Assembly: GCA_045559735.1 (NCBI GenBank)
Contig: JBJLJN010000014.1
Coordinates: 97,577 to 161,576 of the forward strand
Origin: Candidatus Thalassarchaeum sp.
GTDB taxonomy: Archaea > Thermoplasmatota > Poseidoniia > Poseidoniales > Thalassarchaeaceae
Direction: 5' to 3'
DNA: 64,000 bases
Positions within the stretch are counted from its first letter, which is position 1; the number at the start of each line of letters is the position of its first letter. The notes under the pieces are model-generated. The model saw nothing but the letters and a program-made list of their open reading frames with translations, searched no databases and was not told the DNA's origin. Position numbers and translations under genes: made by a program. Of the stretch, positions 9,947-19,393 are shown one piece after another.

Positions 9947-11200
9947 ATGGATTGGGATGCTGGGAGGCTCAGTGGGCCCGATGGTGAGGACTGGAGAGTC
10001 CCGGTTTCCGAGTTGGAAGCACGACAGGCAAGGCTCTCCGAGACACTGTCCGATGCCGGTCATGAGTCGGTTCTGATTGACGATCCAGTCGAGCTCTACT
10101 GGCTGACTGGGGGCAGGCAGAGCTCTATGCTTCTCGTCGGCGCTGAAGGCTCCAGTATAGAAACGGTTCATTGGGTCAGACGTTCGCTCGACAGGGCTAG
10201 GTTCGAGGCTGGAGAGGGAGATTCTCCCCACCAAATAGCCGCACAGCCGAGGATGAGCCAACTCGAAGATTCTCTGAGGCAGGCTGGGTGTACAAGAGCA
10301 CCAGGAATGCTCGCCGGCAAGGTCCCAAATTCAAGATGGGGTTTCCTTTCTGAGAGCTTCACTGGCCTCGATGGCCAAAGCCCCGATTGCACTGGGATTC
10401 TGTTCGGTCTCAGAGAGATCAAGTCAGATTGGGAGATTGAGATGCTCGCAGAGAGTGGTCGCATCAATCGGACGATGTTTGAGGCCATCTACGACACCGG
10501 AGGAGTCGGTAAGACCGAGATTGAGATGGCCGCTTCTGCCGACGAGGTCAGCCGAGTAGCCGGGTTCGGTGGCAGGATTAGGATGAGGACATGGCCCATG
10601 GACTGCGACAGGGTAGTCATTGCCGCTGGTAGCTCAGGAGCAGTTCCCTCATACTTCGATTCGGGTGTAGCTGGCCTCGGCGCCAGTCCGATTGCATCGC
10701 TGGGAGCTGGCTTCGCAAAGGTCAACGAGGGTGAGCCGGTGTTGGTGGATATTGTCCACGTGCATCGTGGCTATGTCTCAGACTGCACCCGGATTTTCAG
10801 CGCTGGATCACTCTCCTCAGAGTGGCATGAGAGACTTGACGACATGGCCCAAATCGGAGACTTATTGGTTAGTAGTCTCGGCAGAGGCGAAGACTGCTCT
10901 AAAGTATGGAGAGAAGGAAGTCAGATGGCTGCCCAGATGGGGCATAGCGAACACCTGATGGGCATACCTCCTGACCAAGCCAAGTTCCTCGGTCATTCGG
11001 TTGGCCTTGAGCTCGATGAAACTCCGGTGATTGCAAGGGGATTCGACCGACCCTTGGAGATAGGTGGTACGATGGCTATCGAGCCGAAGGTGATTTACCC
11101 GGAAGGGGCAATTGGAACCGAAGACACTTGGGTTCGAGGCAGGGATGGAATGGAGTGCCTGACTATGGGGAAATCATTCCCTATGCTGACGGAGTGGTAA
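9947..11200 (+). CDS. M24-family Xaa-Pro aminopeptidase / creatinase-like
   Basis: Pita-bread fold motifs are present: IKSDWEIEMLAESGRI, SDCTRIF, GHSVGLELDETP and MAIEPKV (metal ligands D, H, E, E). Confidence 0.85.
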   Translation: MDWDAGRLSGPDGEDWRVPVSELEARQARLSETLSDAGHESVLIDDPVELYWLTGGRQSSMLLVGAEGSSIETVHWVRRSLDRARFEAGEGDSPHQIAAQPRMSQLEDSLRQAGCTRAPGMLAGKVPNSRWGFLSESFTGLDGQSPDCTGILFGLREIKSDWEIEMLAESGRINRTMFEAIYDTGGVGKTEIEMAASADEVSRVAGFGGRIRMRTWPMDCDRVVIAAGSSGAVPSYFDSGVAGLGASPIASLGAGFAKVNEGEPVLVDIVHVHRGYVSDCTRIFSAGSLSSEWHERLDDMAQIGDLLVSSLGRGEDCSKVWREGSQMAAQMGHSEHLMGIPPDQAKFLGHSVGLELDETPVIARGFDRPLEIGGTMAIEPKVIYPEGAIGTEDTWVRGRDGMECLTMGKSFPMLTEW

Positions 11201-11202
11201 GA

Positions 11203-11727
11203 ATGCGGAAGCCGATTATCTCTGTGTTTGGATCAAATGACCTGAGTAACTCACCTGAGGTCGTGACGGTATGCGAAGAGCTCGGTAGAGCAATTGTGGA
11301 TTTGGGGTGTAGAGTGGTATGCGGTGGACTTGGGGGGTCGATGACTGCGGTTTGCAGAGGAGCTAGGAGTAGTTCTCACTACAGAAGTGGAGATACTATC
11401 GGGATACTACCTATGGCTGATGCCGATATGGCCAATGAGTTCGTAGATGTCGTGATTCCAACAGGATTGGGTCTATTCAGGAACATGCTGGTCGCTCAGG
11501 CTGGTGATGCATGTATATCTGTCAGCGGAGGCTCGGGAACGCTCTCAGAAGTTGCCTTCGCTTGGCAGATTCACAAGCCAGCCGCGGCCATGTCTCAGAC
11601 GGGAGGATGGTCGGGCGAGTTGGCAGGAAGAAGGTTGGATCATCGCAGAGATGGCCACTTAGTCACCGATCTCCAGGATGTCGATGCGGCGAGAGATTGG
11701 ATCTCGGAGGTGCTAGATCTTGACTAG
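11203..11727 (+). CDS. TIGR00725/LOG-like (SLOG) Rossmann protein
   Basis: ISVFGS...ELGRAIVDLGCRVVCGGLGGSMTAVCRGA and VSGGSGTLSEVAFAW are present. The ATG at 11203 removes the overlap with the M24 gene that the 11128 ORF start creates. Confidence 0.75.
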   Translation: MRKPIISVFGSNDLSNSPEVVTVCEELGRAIVDLGCRVVCGGLGGSMTAVCRGARSSSHYRSGDTIGILPMADADMANEFVDVVIPTGLGLFRNMLVAQAGDACISVSGGSGTLSEVAFAWQIHKPAAAMSQTGGWSGELAGRRLDHRRDGHLVTDLQDVDAARDWISEVLDLD

Positions 11728-11731
11728 GGTT

Positions 11732-12013
11732 ATGGAGAAGGCACAGATGCGGTTGGCGAGGGTTCTCAGTGGCCGTAATGAGCCGCATGGTAAACCGATT
11801 ACTGACGACTCGATACTGAAGGGAGTCGAAGTAGACGACTCGGGAATAATCGAATTATGGGTGAAGCCTCCTCATCCACACTGCCCATGCTGCTTGGATG
11901 ATTTGATTTTACTCAAGCAGGAGATTGGATCTCAGAAAGGAGTTCTCGGCTGTCATATCGAGATAGTGGGTATACCGCAGGCTGAGAGATGGACTGCAGC
12001 GATTAACGAGTAA
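11732..12013 (+). CDS. DUF59/MIP18-like (Fe-S assembly-related) small protein
   Basis: The pattern ILKGVEVDDSGIIELWVKPPHPHCPCC...VLGCHIEIV resembles the PF01883 fold. The assignment is tentative. Confidence 0.5.
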   Translation: MEKAQMRLARVLSGRNEPHGKPITDDSILKGVEVDDSGIIELWVKPPHPHCPCCLDDLILLKQEIGSQKGVLGCHIEIVGIPQAERWTAAINE

Positions 12014-12021
12014 AGTTCTCT

Positions 12022-12192
12022 CTACTCCTCCTCAGAGTTGTCATAGGTACTCAATCTACCTCGTGAGGAGCGCTCCTCGACCTCTCTCACCTTGGCGGTG
12101 AATTTCGTCGATAGCCACCAGACGGCAATAAAAATCGCCACCACATCGATGAACAATAGAGCAAGGAACTCGGAGTCCGACCAATCGACCAT
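12022..12192 (-). CDS. Candidate 56-aa single-TM microprotein (below the ORF-track cutoff)
   Basis: My own translation is MVDWSDSEFLALLFIDVVAIFIAVWWLSTKFTAKVREVEERSSRGRLSTYDNSEEE*. The ATG lies 4 nt after the ferredoxin stop on the same strand. The ORF fills an otherwise empty 180-nt gap. Confidence 0.3.
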   Translation of the reverse strand: MVDWSDSEFLALLFIDVVAIFIAVWWLSTKFTAKVREVEERSSRGRLSTYDNSEEE

Positions 12193-12196
12193 GGGC

Positions 12197-12499
12197 TCAC
12201 CAGACAGGGGGTATCAGATCGATATCGCAGGATCCTACTGGTTTGATGCAGCAAGTCAGCATGCCTCCCAGTTGCACCAGCTCCTCGTCCAAACCAGGAG
12301 GTAGTTCCTCGGGGAGATTGACCTTGCCCTCACGAAGTGTGACAAGACATGTGCCACAGTTACCCGAAGTGCAGTTCGTGGGTATCGTGACACCTGCAAT
12401 CTCGGCCATCTCAAGTATCGGTGAATCGGGCACTACCGCAGCCACACCGATGGGCTTGGAGCCTCTGAAGAACCGGATTACCGGTGTCTCCTCACTCAT
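12197..12499 (-). CDS. [2Fe-2S] ferredoxin (plant/vertebrate-type fold)
   Basis: The Cys pattern is CTSGNCGTCLV...(C-x4-C-x2-C) plus the downstream LTCC. Size is 100 aa. Confidence 0.7.
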   Translation of the reverse strand: MSEETPVIRFFRGSKPIGVAAVVPDSPILEMAEIAGVTIPTNCTSGNCGTCLVTLREGKVNLPEELPPGLDEELVQLGGMLTCCIKPVGSCDIDLIPPVW

Positions 12500-12508
12500 C
12501 GAACCGCC

Positions 12509-13600
12509 TCAGCGATCTTCCCAGCGGGTCCATCTTCCGGTCTGCTTGTTGAATACCAGTCCAGCCTTCTTCATCCACTTGTTGAACTTGGTCGCACCCG
12601 CTCCAGTCGCGATAATGAACTCCTCGCGGTGCTCCTGTGCCTGAATGTAGCCCTTCGCTGCGATAGTTTGGTCGATCCAGTCGTCTATGCTCATCAGCAC
12701 ACCGGAGAGTTTACTCGACTCAACTGCGGCCTCGAGCTCCTCGGCGCTGGCACCAGTGGATTCGAGATCCTTGATTAGTTGTTCGGCAATCGAGCTCGAG
12801 TCCTTCTTCCTCGGGGGCCTCTTTACCGTGAGTCTCGGCTTCTTCTTTGGGTCAATCTTGATTCTCGACCCGTTGTTCAGCATATCTTCCACCAACTGTG
12901 CCATCGGAGCTCTGAACTCCTCCTCGCACTCCCAGCAGATGAGTGAGAAGTCAGACATGTCATCCATCACATTGCTTTGGATAGGGTCAATCTCCTCTCC
13001 ACAAGACGGACAGGCGTGCATGCAAATCTTGGGCGCTATTTTCCTGCGGAAGTCGACGATGTCCTGTGGTGTGCCGACCAGTTCCAGCATCTCGTGGTCT
13101 CTAGCTGCCTCGAGTCCTCTGGTCTCCAGTTGGTCGCGCAGTTTGGAACGCTGCTCGTCCTTGGACTCGTCATCGAAAGAGTTCTCCAGCTTGACGATGA
13201 GCTCGATGGTCTTGCCGAGTCTGTTCATCACCAGCTTCTTGTTCCTGAATGATTCTACTCGAGCGATTCTAAGTTGCTCCTTCTTCTCAATCAGTTCAGA
13301 GTGTAGGTCCTTCTGCTCACGCTTGAATCTCCTCTCCTCGATGGTGTCGATCTTCTTCTTCGTCCTGTCAGCAAGGACATCGGCCAAGAATCTCTGCTTG
13401 CTGGACTCTCTCGGACCTGAGCGGACTGCATCGATTACGGATTCCGCTACCTCTTTCTTCAGGCCATAGTTGTTCGAGAGCTTCTCTATATCGAGCTTCT
13501 TGATGTCCCCGACCTTCACACCGCTATTGGAAAGCAGCTGGGCCGTGTTCTCGTCGATACCCCTTCTCAGAAGTGCAAGATAAGTGTCCTTCTTCGCCAT
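12509..13600 (-). CDS. Hypothetical protein: N-terminal HhH-like segment, long coiled coil, Cys4 zinc ribbon, basic Trp-rich C-terminus
   Basis: The zinc ribbon is CPSCGEE...(22 aa)...CWECEE. K/E-rich heptad-like stretches are present. The C-terminus reads KFNKWMKKAGLVFNKQTGRWTRWEDR. I recognised no family. Confidence 0.55.
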   Translation of the reverse strand: MAKKDTYLALLRRGIDENTAQLLSNSGVKVGDIKKLDIEKLSNNYGLKKEVAESVIDAVRSGPRESSKQRFLADVLADRTKKKIDTIEERRFKREQKDLHSELIEKKEQLRIARVESFRNKKLVMNRLGKTIELIVKLENSFDDESKDEQRSKLRDQLETRGLEAARDHEMLELVGTPQDIVDFRRKIAPKICMHACPSCGEEIDPIQSNVMDDMSDFSLICWECEEEFRAPMAQLVEDMLNNGSRIKIDPKKKPRLTVKRPPRKKDSSSIAEQLIKDLESTGASAEELEAAVESSKLSGVLMSIDDWIDQTIAAKGYIQAQEHREEFIIATGAGATKFNKWMKKAGLVFNKQTGRWTRWEDR

Positions 13601-13686
13601 ATTGAGTCCTGAGCCGGGTCCCACTTGCGGCCCGCTGCCCTGACCAGCGGAGCCGGGGGCCCTCTATCAAGGCGCTGTAAAAACCC

Positions 13687-14589
13687 TCAGTTATCGGCGG
13701 GAAATGACAGAATTGACTCCGTCAAATATACCCAATCTGAGATTGTGAGATTCTCTGGTCTCAGATTCTGCCAGTCCTCAGTCATCCCATCTGGTGATGA
13801 TGTGATAACTGCCTTGATTGAATCACTCCATAATCCCTTGTGCCAGCCCTTGTTTCGAGACAGTCGGCGTGGCGTTTGGGAAAGCAGTGTCCTCATCTTG
13901 CGGCGCTTGTTAGCGAAGCAGTGACTGGAGACTGTTCTGAACATCCTGCGATCCGTCCCTAGTGCTCTTACAGTTGGTTGCAGACTGACTATTCTTGAGC
14001 TGACCCTAGGTGCTGGACTGAAGCAGTGCGGTGGCACCTTCACATCAAGCTCGACGTCGAAATCAAGCCACAGAGAGAGAGGCAGGGGGCCGGATGCCGT
14101 ATCATTACGATTGATAATCATCCTCTCAGCGAACTCATCCTGTAGTAACAGTACAATCGAGGACAGAGGATGTTCGGAGTGGTGCTTCTGAATCCTCTCC
14201 AGTAGAGGACTGGAAATCTGATAGGGGATGTTTGCCACGATGTGGGAGGCATCTTCGGGCCAATCGGCTAACAGGGCATCCTGATTCGACACTTCGAGTC
14301 TACCCTCGGCCTCATCAAACACCCTCGCAAGGTGTGAAATCGCCTCCTCATCGACCTCAAATGCGGTGACTGAGGCCCCGGTCCTGAGCAGACCTAGAGT
14401 GAGAGATCCTGCCCCTGGTCCAATCTCTATCACTCTAGATTTGGGGCCCAATCGTTCGGAGGAGCTTGCGAGTTCGACTGATCTATTCACAACAGATTCG
14501 TCCAATAGGAAATGCTGCCCGAGTCGTTTGTCTGGAGTTATCCTGTCCCTCAGTAGGTCAACTAGGAGTCTGATGTCTAAGTCATCCAT
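13687..14589 (-). CDS. ksgA: 16S rRNA (adenine-N6,N6)-dimethyltransferase KsgA/Dim1
   Basis: LGQHFLLDESV, the SAM motif VIEIGPGAGSLT and ANIPYQISSPLL are present. Confidence 0.9.
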   Translation of the reverse strand: MDDLDIRLLVDLLRDRITPDKRLGQHFLLDESVVNRSVELASSSERLGPKSRVIEIGPGAGSLTLGLLRTGASVTAFEVDEEAISHLARVFDEAEGRLEVSNQDALLADWPEDASHIVANIPYQISSPLLERIQKHHSEHPLSSIVLLLQDEFAERMIINRNDTASGPLPLSLWLDFDVELDVKVPPHCFSPAPRVSSRIVSLQPTVRALGTDRRMFRTVSSHCFANKRRKMRTLLSQTPRRLSRNKGWHKGLWSDSIKAVITSSPDGMTEDWQNLRPENLTISDWVYLTESILSFPADN

Positions 14590-14602
14590 TCAATCACCCC
14601 GA

Positions 14603-15181
14603 TTAGAGATCGGCGCGGACTAGGATGTCAAGCAGCCGAGGAGTCTGAGCTTCATCCTCCATCTCCTTGAGATAACGCTCAGCGAGGAGTCTGACTGAGT
14701 CAATCGCACAGGCCTCGTCCACCGCTGTGAATTCGTGCCATCCCGAACCCCTAAGGCCAACCATCTGAATGGCCTTAGAGTTCCCTATGCCAGGAAGCAA
14801 CTGGAAGGAGTGGAACTTGCGAGTCATGGGTCCAGCACTGTTGTAGAACTGTAGATGGAGGTACGAATCTTCCGTTATCGCCTCTGAGATCGCATCCAAG
14901 AGATCCGAACTCGCATTCTCCGTGAGGTCCCTCAGTCTGATTTCGCTGAGAGCTCCGAAGCTGGCGGATTCCTTCTCTATGGTAGCTCCGTTCTCGATGC
15001 CCTCGACTTGGTTGACCCTAGCTCGGACGAGGAACAAACCGGGACGGGTTAGTCCGGTCAACTCATGTCCGATAGGACGCCTGTCCTGTAAGTCGAGGAT
15101 TCTGATATGAGTCTCTGACTGAAAGGGAGGGATCGGTTCCTCGTCGGGCTCAGTGGGTCCACCGAACTGCATATTTCTCAA
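14603..15181 (-). CDS. DUF655-family protein (predicted nucleic-acid binding, HhH C-terminus)
   Basis: FYNSAGPMTRKFHSFQLLPGIGNSKAIQMV matches the family. It sits in the conserved archaeal position between rpoF and ksgA. Confidence 0.8.
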   Translation of the reverse strand: MRNMQFGGPTEPDEEPIPPFQSETHIRILDLQDRRPIGHELTGLTRPGLFLVRARVNQVEGIENGATIEKESASFGALSEIRLRDLTENASSDLLDAISEAITEDSYLHLQFYNSAGPMTRKFHSFQLLPGIGNSKAIQMVGLRGSGWHEFTAVDEACAIDSVRLLAERYLKEMEDEAQTPRLLDILVRADL

Positions 15182-15243
15182 ACTCCCAGAGCGGTTCCCC
15201 CACTTGAATGAAATCGTTAGTAAAAATCGGGCTGAAAGTGGCC

Positions 15244-15597
15244 TCAGAGGATATGCTGACGAATGAGAGTGATTATCTCTTCAATCTCTGGAGTGTCCAT
15301 GGCGATTCGCTTGCTGGCTACTACTACTCTCACATCTGGAACTTCCATAGGACAGAGTTCAGCCAATTTGGCACATATCTCTGGGTGTCCGGCTAGCTTC
15401 TCATTCTGCGCCAACTCATCTCTTAGGGCTGCGAAAATCTTGGGGTCGGTCTTGGCTCCTCCTCGGTTCTCGCTTGCAGCCCACTCAGCATGCTGTAGAG
15501 CCATGGTCTGCTCGTAGGAGAGTTCGCCTCTACGCTCGTTAGTCTGAATGAGTAAGTCCCTCACTGTGGCGAAGTCTGTGTACTCCTTCTCTGACAT
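15244..15597 (-). CDS. rpoF: DNA-directed RNA polymerase subunit Rpo4 (RpoF)
   Basis: Size is 117 aa and the N-terminus reads ...TVRDLLIQTNERRGELSYEQTMALQHAEW. It lies immediately downstream of L21e as in other archaea. A T5 run sits about 20 nt after the stop. Confidence 0.8.
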   Translation of the reverse strand: MSEKEYTDFATVRDLLIQTNERRGELSYEQTMALQHAEWAASENRGGAKTDPKIFAALRDELAQNEKLAGHPEICAKLAELCPMEVPDVRVVVASKRIAMDTPEIEEIITLIRQHIL

Positions 15598-15603
15598 GAA
15601 TTC

Positions 15604-15897
15604 TCACTCCATCGGCCTGAGGTGCTCAGGTCTTGCTACGACAGTCTTGTTCGCATTACCATCGGAAACAGAGACCACATATGCCCTTCCCTGGGTTCCG
15701 GTTATGATTCCAGTCTTGCCCTGGAAGCGGCGGTGAGGCATTCCCTTCTGTTGCGCTCCATCGAGCACTATTGCAACACTGTCTCCCTCGGCGTAGGGGT
15801 GCATGACTCGATTAATGAATACCCTACTCCGCTCTGTCTTGCCCTTCTTCAGGATGCTGCGGGTACCCTGACGAGGACCATGTGCTCTTTTGGCCAT
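15604..15897 (-). CDS. rpl21e: Ribosomal protein L21e
   Basis: MAKRAHGPRQGTRSILKK...FQGKTGIITGTQGRAYVV shows the typical eL21 SH3-like core. Size is 97 aa. Confidence 0.9.
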   Translation of the reverse strand: MAKRAHGPRQGTRSILKKGKTERSRVFINRVMHPYAEGDSVAIVLDGAQQKGMPHRRFQGKTGIITGTQGRAYVVSVSDGNANKTVVARPEHLRPME

Positions 15898-15978
15898 TAA
15901 ATCACCATCCGACCGTAGGTCGCGGGAGCGTTCGACCTGCCGATTCTTCTTAAGCCCTCGGATGAGGTATTGGAATCC

Positions 15979-17409
15979 CTAGTCATGGATCTCCTCGACA
16001 TCCAGCCACAGTACCTCACACTCACAGCCCAAAACGCTGCTGATCGAAGGAACGGTCCGTCCCTCGTCGGAGTGTACGAGTTCCTTGATGTAAGTTCCAG
16101 CCTCGCATCTAAGGGTGATTTCAATCTCATCGCCCGAGATGGAGACTCGGTCGACGGACACCACCTTCCGCTTTCGAGTCTTAGCCGCTCTGCGGTGAGA
16201 CACCCGCTTCGGAGTTTCCTGCTCGAGGACTGTTCCTGACAGCCCCTCAATGGCTGCAATAGCTTCCTCCTCATCAGGAGTTTTGCTGCTCTTAAAGCAA
16301 ATTGTGTAGGTCTTCTCGGAGCGGTGCTGCTTGATCTTCGCCACCCTCTTCTTGTGAGTCCATTCAAGCGAGTCTACCTCTATCATCCCAGAGCCATTGT
16401 CGTTCACCAGGGAGACCAGTTCATCGAGATCGAGCTCCCTCACCAGTGGATTCTTGATTTCCAGAACGAATGGTCTACCGGTTCCTAGGCATCTGACATC
16501 GATGTCTTCACGGCCCATTCCGTGGAACGAAGTGTCTTCTGACTTCAGAGCTTCTCGAATCGGCTCACCGATTAGATCCTGCACAGAATCGGGGTACTGC
16601 AGTCCGGTTCCCTGGCATGACTCACAACCCTCATCCCTACCTCTGCAGGCTCTGCAGGGCCATCTTGTCTGGGGGATATTGCGACTGAGTTTTCGGTACC
16701 TACCGTAGAGGAAGACAGGGCGAATGTCGATATCTACCCTGAGAGTGAGCCCATCAACTCTAATCATCAAATCGGGAATCTCCTTGACGAAGCTGACATC
16801 ACTGAGATGGTTGGAGAGGTCGGCTTGAATCGCATCTACGAATGCTGCCTTGAGAGGTCTTGAACCAGGTGCTCCATGTCTGTTCCTTATTCGGTCCTCC
16901 TCCTGAATGAGGTCTTTCGGTAGATGAATTCCGAACTGCATCGTAGAGTGTTGGACACCGGCTACTGACTCAACCACTCTGCTGACTATGTTCTCAACGT
17001 CATCGAACAGATCCTCGCAAAGCGGGCACAACTCAGGGGCCCCGAACTTGGCTATACCTGGGTCTCTGGTGTGGGCATCCTCTCGAACCTCCTTTCCGCC
17101 CTCGGAGCCGGTATTCTTGGTCCGGCGACCACCCACTCTGTGTAGACAGTGGTCGCAGACTCCAAGCTTGATCATATGGGCGATTCCTAGTGGAGTCGGA
17201 CAGGGCGGAGCGTCCCAGTCGAGAGATGCTCCATTCGATTCGATATCATCTCCGTCAAACCAAACCTCATCATCCTCGGAGTCAACTTGTGATTCACCCT
17301 CAGAACCGGGCACAGACTCGGCCGACGCGTATCCAGCCGAAGCGAAAAGTTGCCACTGGTCCTCTTCGCCCAATTCAGGCTCTTTTTCCTCCGGATTATC
17401 CCATGTCAT
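15979..17409 (-). CDS. pus10: tRNA pseudouridine(54/55) synthase Pus10
   Basis: The N-terminal zinc ribbon is CDHC...CPLC, a second CRAC...CESC pair follows, and the catalytic-domain signature is GREDIDVRCLGTGRPFVLEI. An acidic N-terminal extension of about 75 aa is present. Confidence 0.85.
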   Translation of the reverse strand: MTWDNPEEKEPELGEEDQWQLFASAGYASAESVPGSEGESQVDSEDDEVWFDGDDIESNGASLDWDAPPCPTPLGIAHMIKLGVCDHCLHRVGGRRTKNTGSEGGKEVREDAHTRDPGIAKFGAPELCPLCEDLFDDVENIVSRVVESVAGVQHSTMQFGIHLPKDLIQEEDRIRNRHGAPGSRPLKAAFVDAIQADLSNHLSDVSFVKEIPDLMIRVDGLTLRVDIDIRPVFLYGRYRKLSRNIPQTRWPCRACRGRDEGCESCQGTGLQYPDSVQDLIGEPIREALKSEDTSFHGMGREDIDVRCLGTGRPFVLEIKNPLVRELDLDELVSLVNDNGSGMIEVDSLEWTHKKRVAKIKQHRSEKTYTICFKSSKTPDEEEAIAAIEGLSGTVLEQETPKRVSHRRAAKTRKRKVVSVDRVSISGDEIEITLRCEAGTYIKELVHSDEGRTVPSISSVLGCECEVLWLDVEEIHD

Positions 17410-17502
17410 TGGATCACCACCAGAGGCATAGGGGGAACCTATGCTTCCGACGAATGGGCGAGAAGCGGCTTGCCTTTGACTCCTTCGGGCTCGTTGGGAT
17501 CC

Positions 17503-17823
17503 TCAAAGAGGCTGTCCCGACTCCTCAGCGACTCCTCTCAGATGAGTGAATGAATGAATTCCGCTGGAGCATCCGGTGGGCCAGTCAAACCTGATGCCAT
17601 AGCGTCCCACAGGCTCTGCGCGCGGCTTCTCAACTCTGAGTCGCGCAACCTCCTCCTCAAATTCTAGTAATCTCTGCTCGTTCTCCTGCCTTGGTTTGCA
17701 CTTGGCGCACTGGCAGCGGCATCGTATGGACAGGTAGCTGACCTTGAAAGCCGAACCGTCAGCGAATCTGAGAATGCAGTCCTCGTGGCCGCGCTCTAAG
17801 TCAGTCAGAATGTCGCGTGACAT
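17503..17823 (-). CDS. DUF971 (gamma-butyrobetaine-hydroxylase N-terminal-like) protein
   Basis: SYLSIRCRCQCAKC...YGIRFDWPTGCSSGIHSFTHL matches the DUF971 pattern. Confidence 0.7.
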   Translation of the reverse strand: MSRDILTDLERGHEDCILRFADGSAFKVSYLSIRCRCQCAKCKPRQENEQRLLEFEEEVARLRVEKPRAEPVGRYGIRFDWPTGCSSGIHSFTHLRGVAEESGQPL

Positions 17824-17836
17824 GGTAATTCGTCTA

Positions 17837-19393
17837 TCATGTTGGATTTAACTTTGGTCGCCGAAACTCTTCAAACCAGGGGTCCATGCCATTCCAATCA
17901 GGATTTATGCCCAGATGAGCGCAAATCAATTTGCTGGTTATCCTACCGCTCTCAAAAATTGTCGGAAGCCCGCTACCCGGGTGAGTTCCTCCGCCCACCA
18001 GGTACAGTCCCTCTGTCTCCTCAAAGTGGTTCTGCGGCCTCTTCCAGAGCATCTGATTGAGGCTGTGGGCGAGATTGAACACGGCTCCACGATAGATATC
18101 ATTGGACGACCAGTCATCAGGCGTCACAATCGTTTCTGAGACTATGTGGTCAGACAGTCTGTCGAATCCCATCTTCTCCATCTGAGAGACTACGACCTCC
18201 CTGTATCTCTGTTTGTGTGAATCCCAATCAACCGACTCGTGTACATTGGTGACGGGGACTAGGACATACAATGTAGAGCAGCCCTTTGGGGCCAATGTTG
18301 GGTCTGTAACACATGCGTTCTGGACATAAATCGACGGGTCGTCCCAAGTAATCCTATGCTCGCTTATGTCTCTAAGATTGCCCTCGTAGTCTGCAGAGGC
18401 GTAGATCTGATGATGAGGCGTGTCATATGTGCGGTCGATTCCCAGATAGAGCATGAATGTCGAGCAAGAGTACGACTTCTCTGCTATTTTCTTGTCAGAC
18501 CATCTCTTCCTCAATTTATCCGGGACGAGCCCTGTCATCCCTGACGCGAAGTCGGCATTCATGACAATCTTGTCTGCAGAGTAGGTGTCTTGCTCGGTTT
18601 TGACCCCAACTGCTCTCTTGCCCTCGAACAGCACCTCTTCGACTGGTTCTGATAGTCTTATTTCGACTCCTAGATTCTCAGCGATAGAAGCCATCTTGGG
18701 TGTGATTGAACCTACTCCTCCTCTAGGGTGGAAGATTCCATACTCATACTCAAGGTAGGACAAGAAGGTGAACAGGCTCGGAGCGTGAAATGGACTCATT
18801 CCAAGATACTTGGTCTGGAATGAGGTGGCCAGTTGCATCCTGTCATCCTTGAACAACTTGGAAAGGTCGGAAGAGACGCTTCTCCATGGACGCAGCACCC
18901 TAGAGACTCTCAAGGCCCTTCTGCTAATCAGATCGGATGCCCCCTTCCAAGGCGTATTGAGGCATTTCTTAGAGAGTCTCAACTTTCTGCGGTTGTCCTC
19001 CATGTACCTCCTGAATCCATCAGCATCTTCAGCACCAGAGAGTTCCTCAATTTGGGACGCCATGAGTTCCATGTCGGAAGTAGCGTCAATCTGCCCGCCC
19101 TGTCCGAAAATCAATCTGTAATTCGGATCCAGTCTGATGAGTTCTAGTTCCTCGTGCACATCTAGACCTAGGGCAGAGAAAATCTCCTCCGATATCTCTG
19201 GATAATGGAAGAACGTAGGGCCTCTGTCGAAAGTGAAACCATCCTTGCTCACCATCCTGGTCCGACCGCCGACAACATCTGACTTCTCGAGTATCAGGAC
19301 TTTGACTCCAGCCTTAGCCAGTAGCATCGAGCAGGCTAGTCCTCCCGGACCGGCGCCGATGATGATGGTGTCATACCGATGAGCTACAGCCAT
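17837..19393 (-). CDS. Phytoene-desaturase (CrtI)-family FAD-dependent oxidoreductase
   Basis: The dinucleotide fold is YDTIIIGAGPGGLACSMLLAKAGVKVLILEKSDVVGGR. The C-terminal CrtI signature is LYLVGGGTHPGSGLPTIFESG. Confidence 0.8.
   Translation of the reverse strand: MAVAHRYDTIIIGAGPGGLACSMLLAKAGVKVLILEKSDVVGGRTRMVSKDGFTFDRGPTFFHYPEISEEIFSALGLDVHEELELIRLDPNYRLIFGQGGQIDATSDMELMASQIEELSGAEDADGFRRYMEDNRRKLRLSKKCLNTPWKGASDLISRRALRVSRVLRPWRSVSSDLSKLFKDDRMQLATSFQTKYLGMSPFHAPSLFTFLSYLEYEYGIFHPRGGVGSITPKMASIAENLGVEIRLSEPVEEVLFEGKRAVGVKTEQDTYSADKIVMNADFASGMTGLVPDKLRKRWSDKKIAEKSYSCSTFMLYLGIDRTYDTPHHQIYASADYEGNLRDISEHRITWDDPSIYVQNACVTDPTLAPKGCSTLYVLVPVTNVHESVDWDSHKQRYREVVVSQMEKMGFDRLSDHIVSETIVTPDDWSSNDIYRGAVFNLAHSLNQMLWKRPQNHFEETEGLYLVGGGTHPGSGLPTIFESGRITSKLICAHLGINPDWNGMDPWFEEFRRPKLNPT

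Noticed and set aside
12687-13469. A 260-aa plus-strand ORF.
   Set aside because: It lies entirely antisense to the better-supported 12509-13600 gene. Its translation is Ser/Leu-rich and low in complexity, which is typical of a shadow frame opposite a K/E-rich coiled-coil gene.
15897-16367. A 156-aa minus-strand ORF between L21e and Pus10.
   Set aside because: It overlaps the 3-prime part of pus10 in another frame. It is Arg/Ser-rich and would leave the Pus10 C-terminus unaccounted for. I treat it as spurious.
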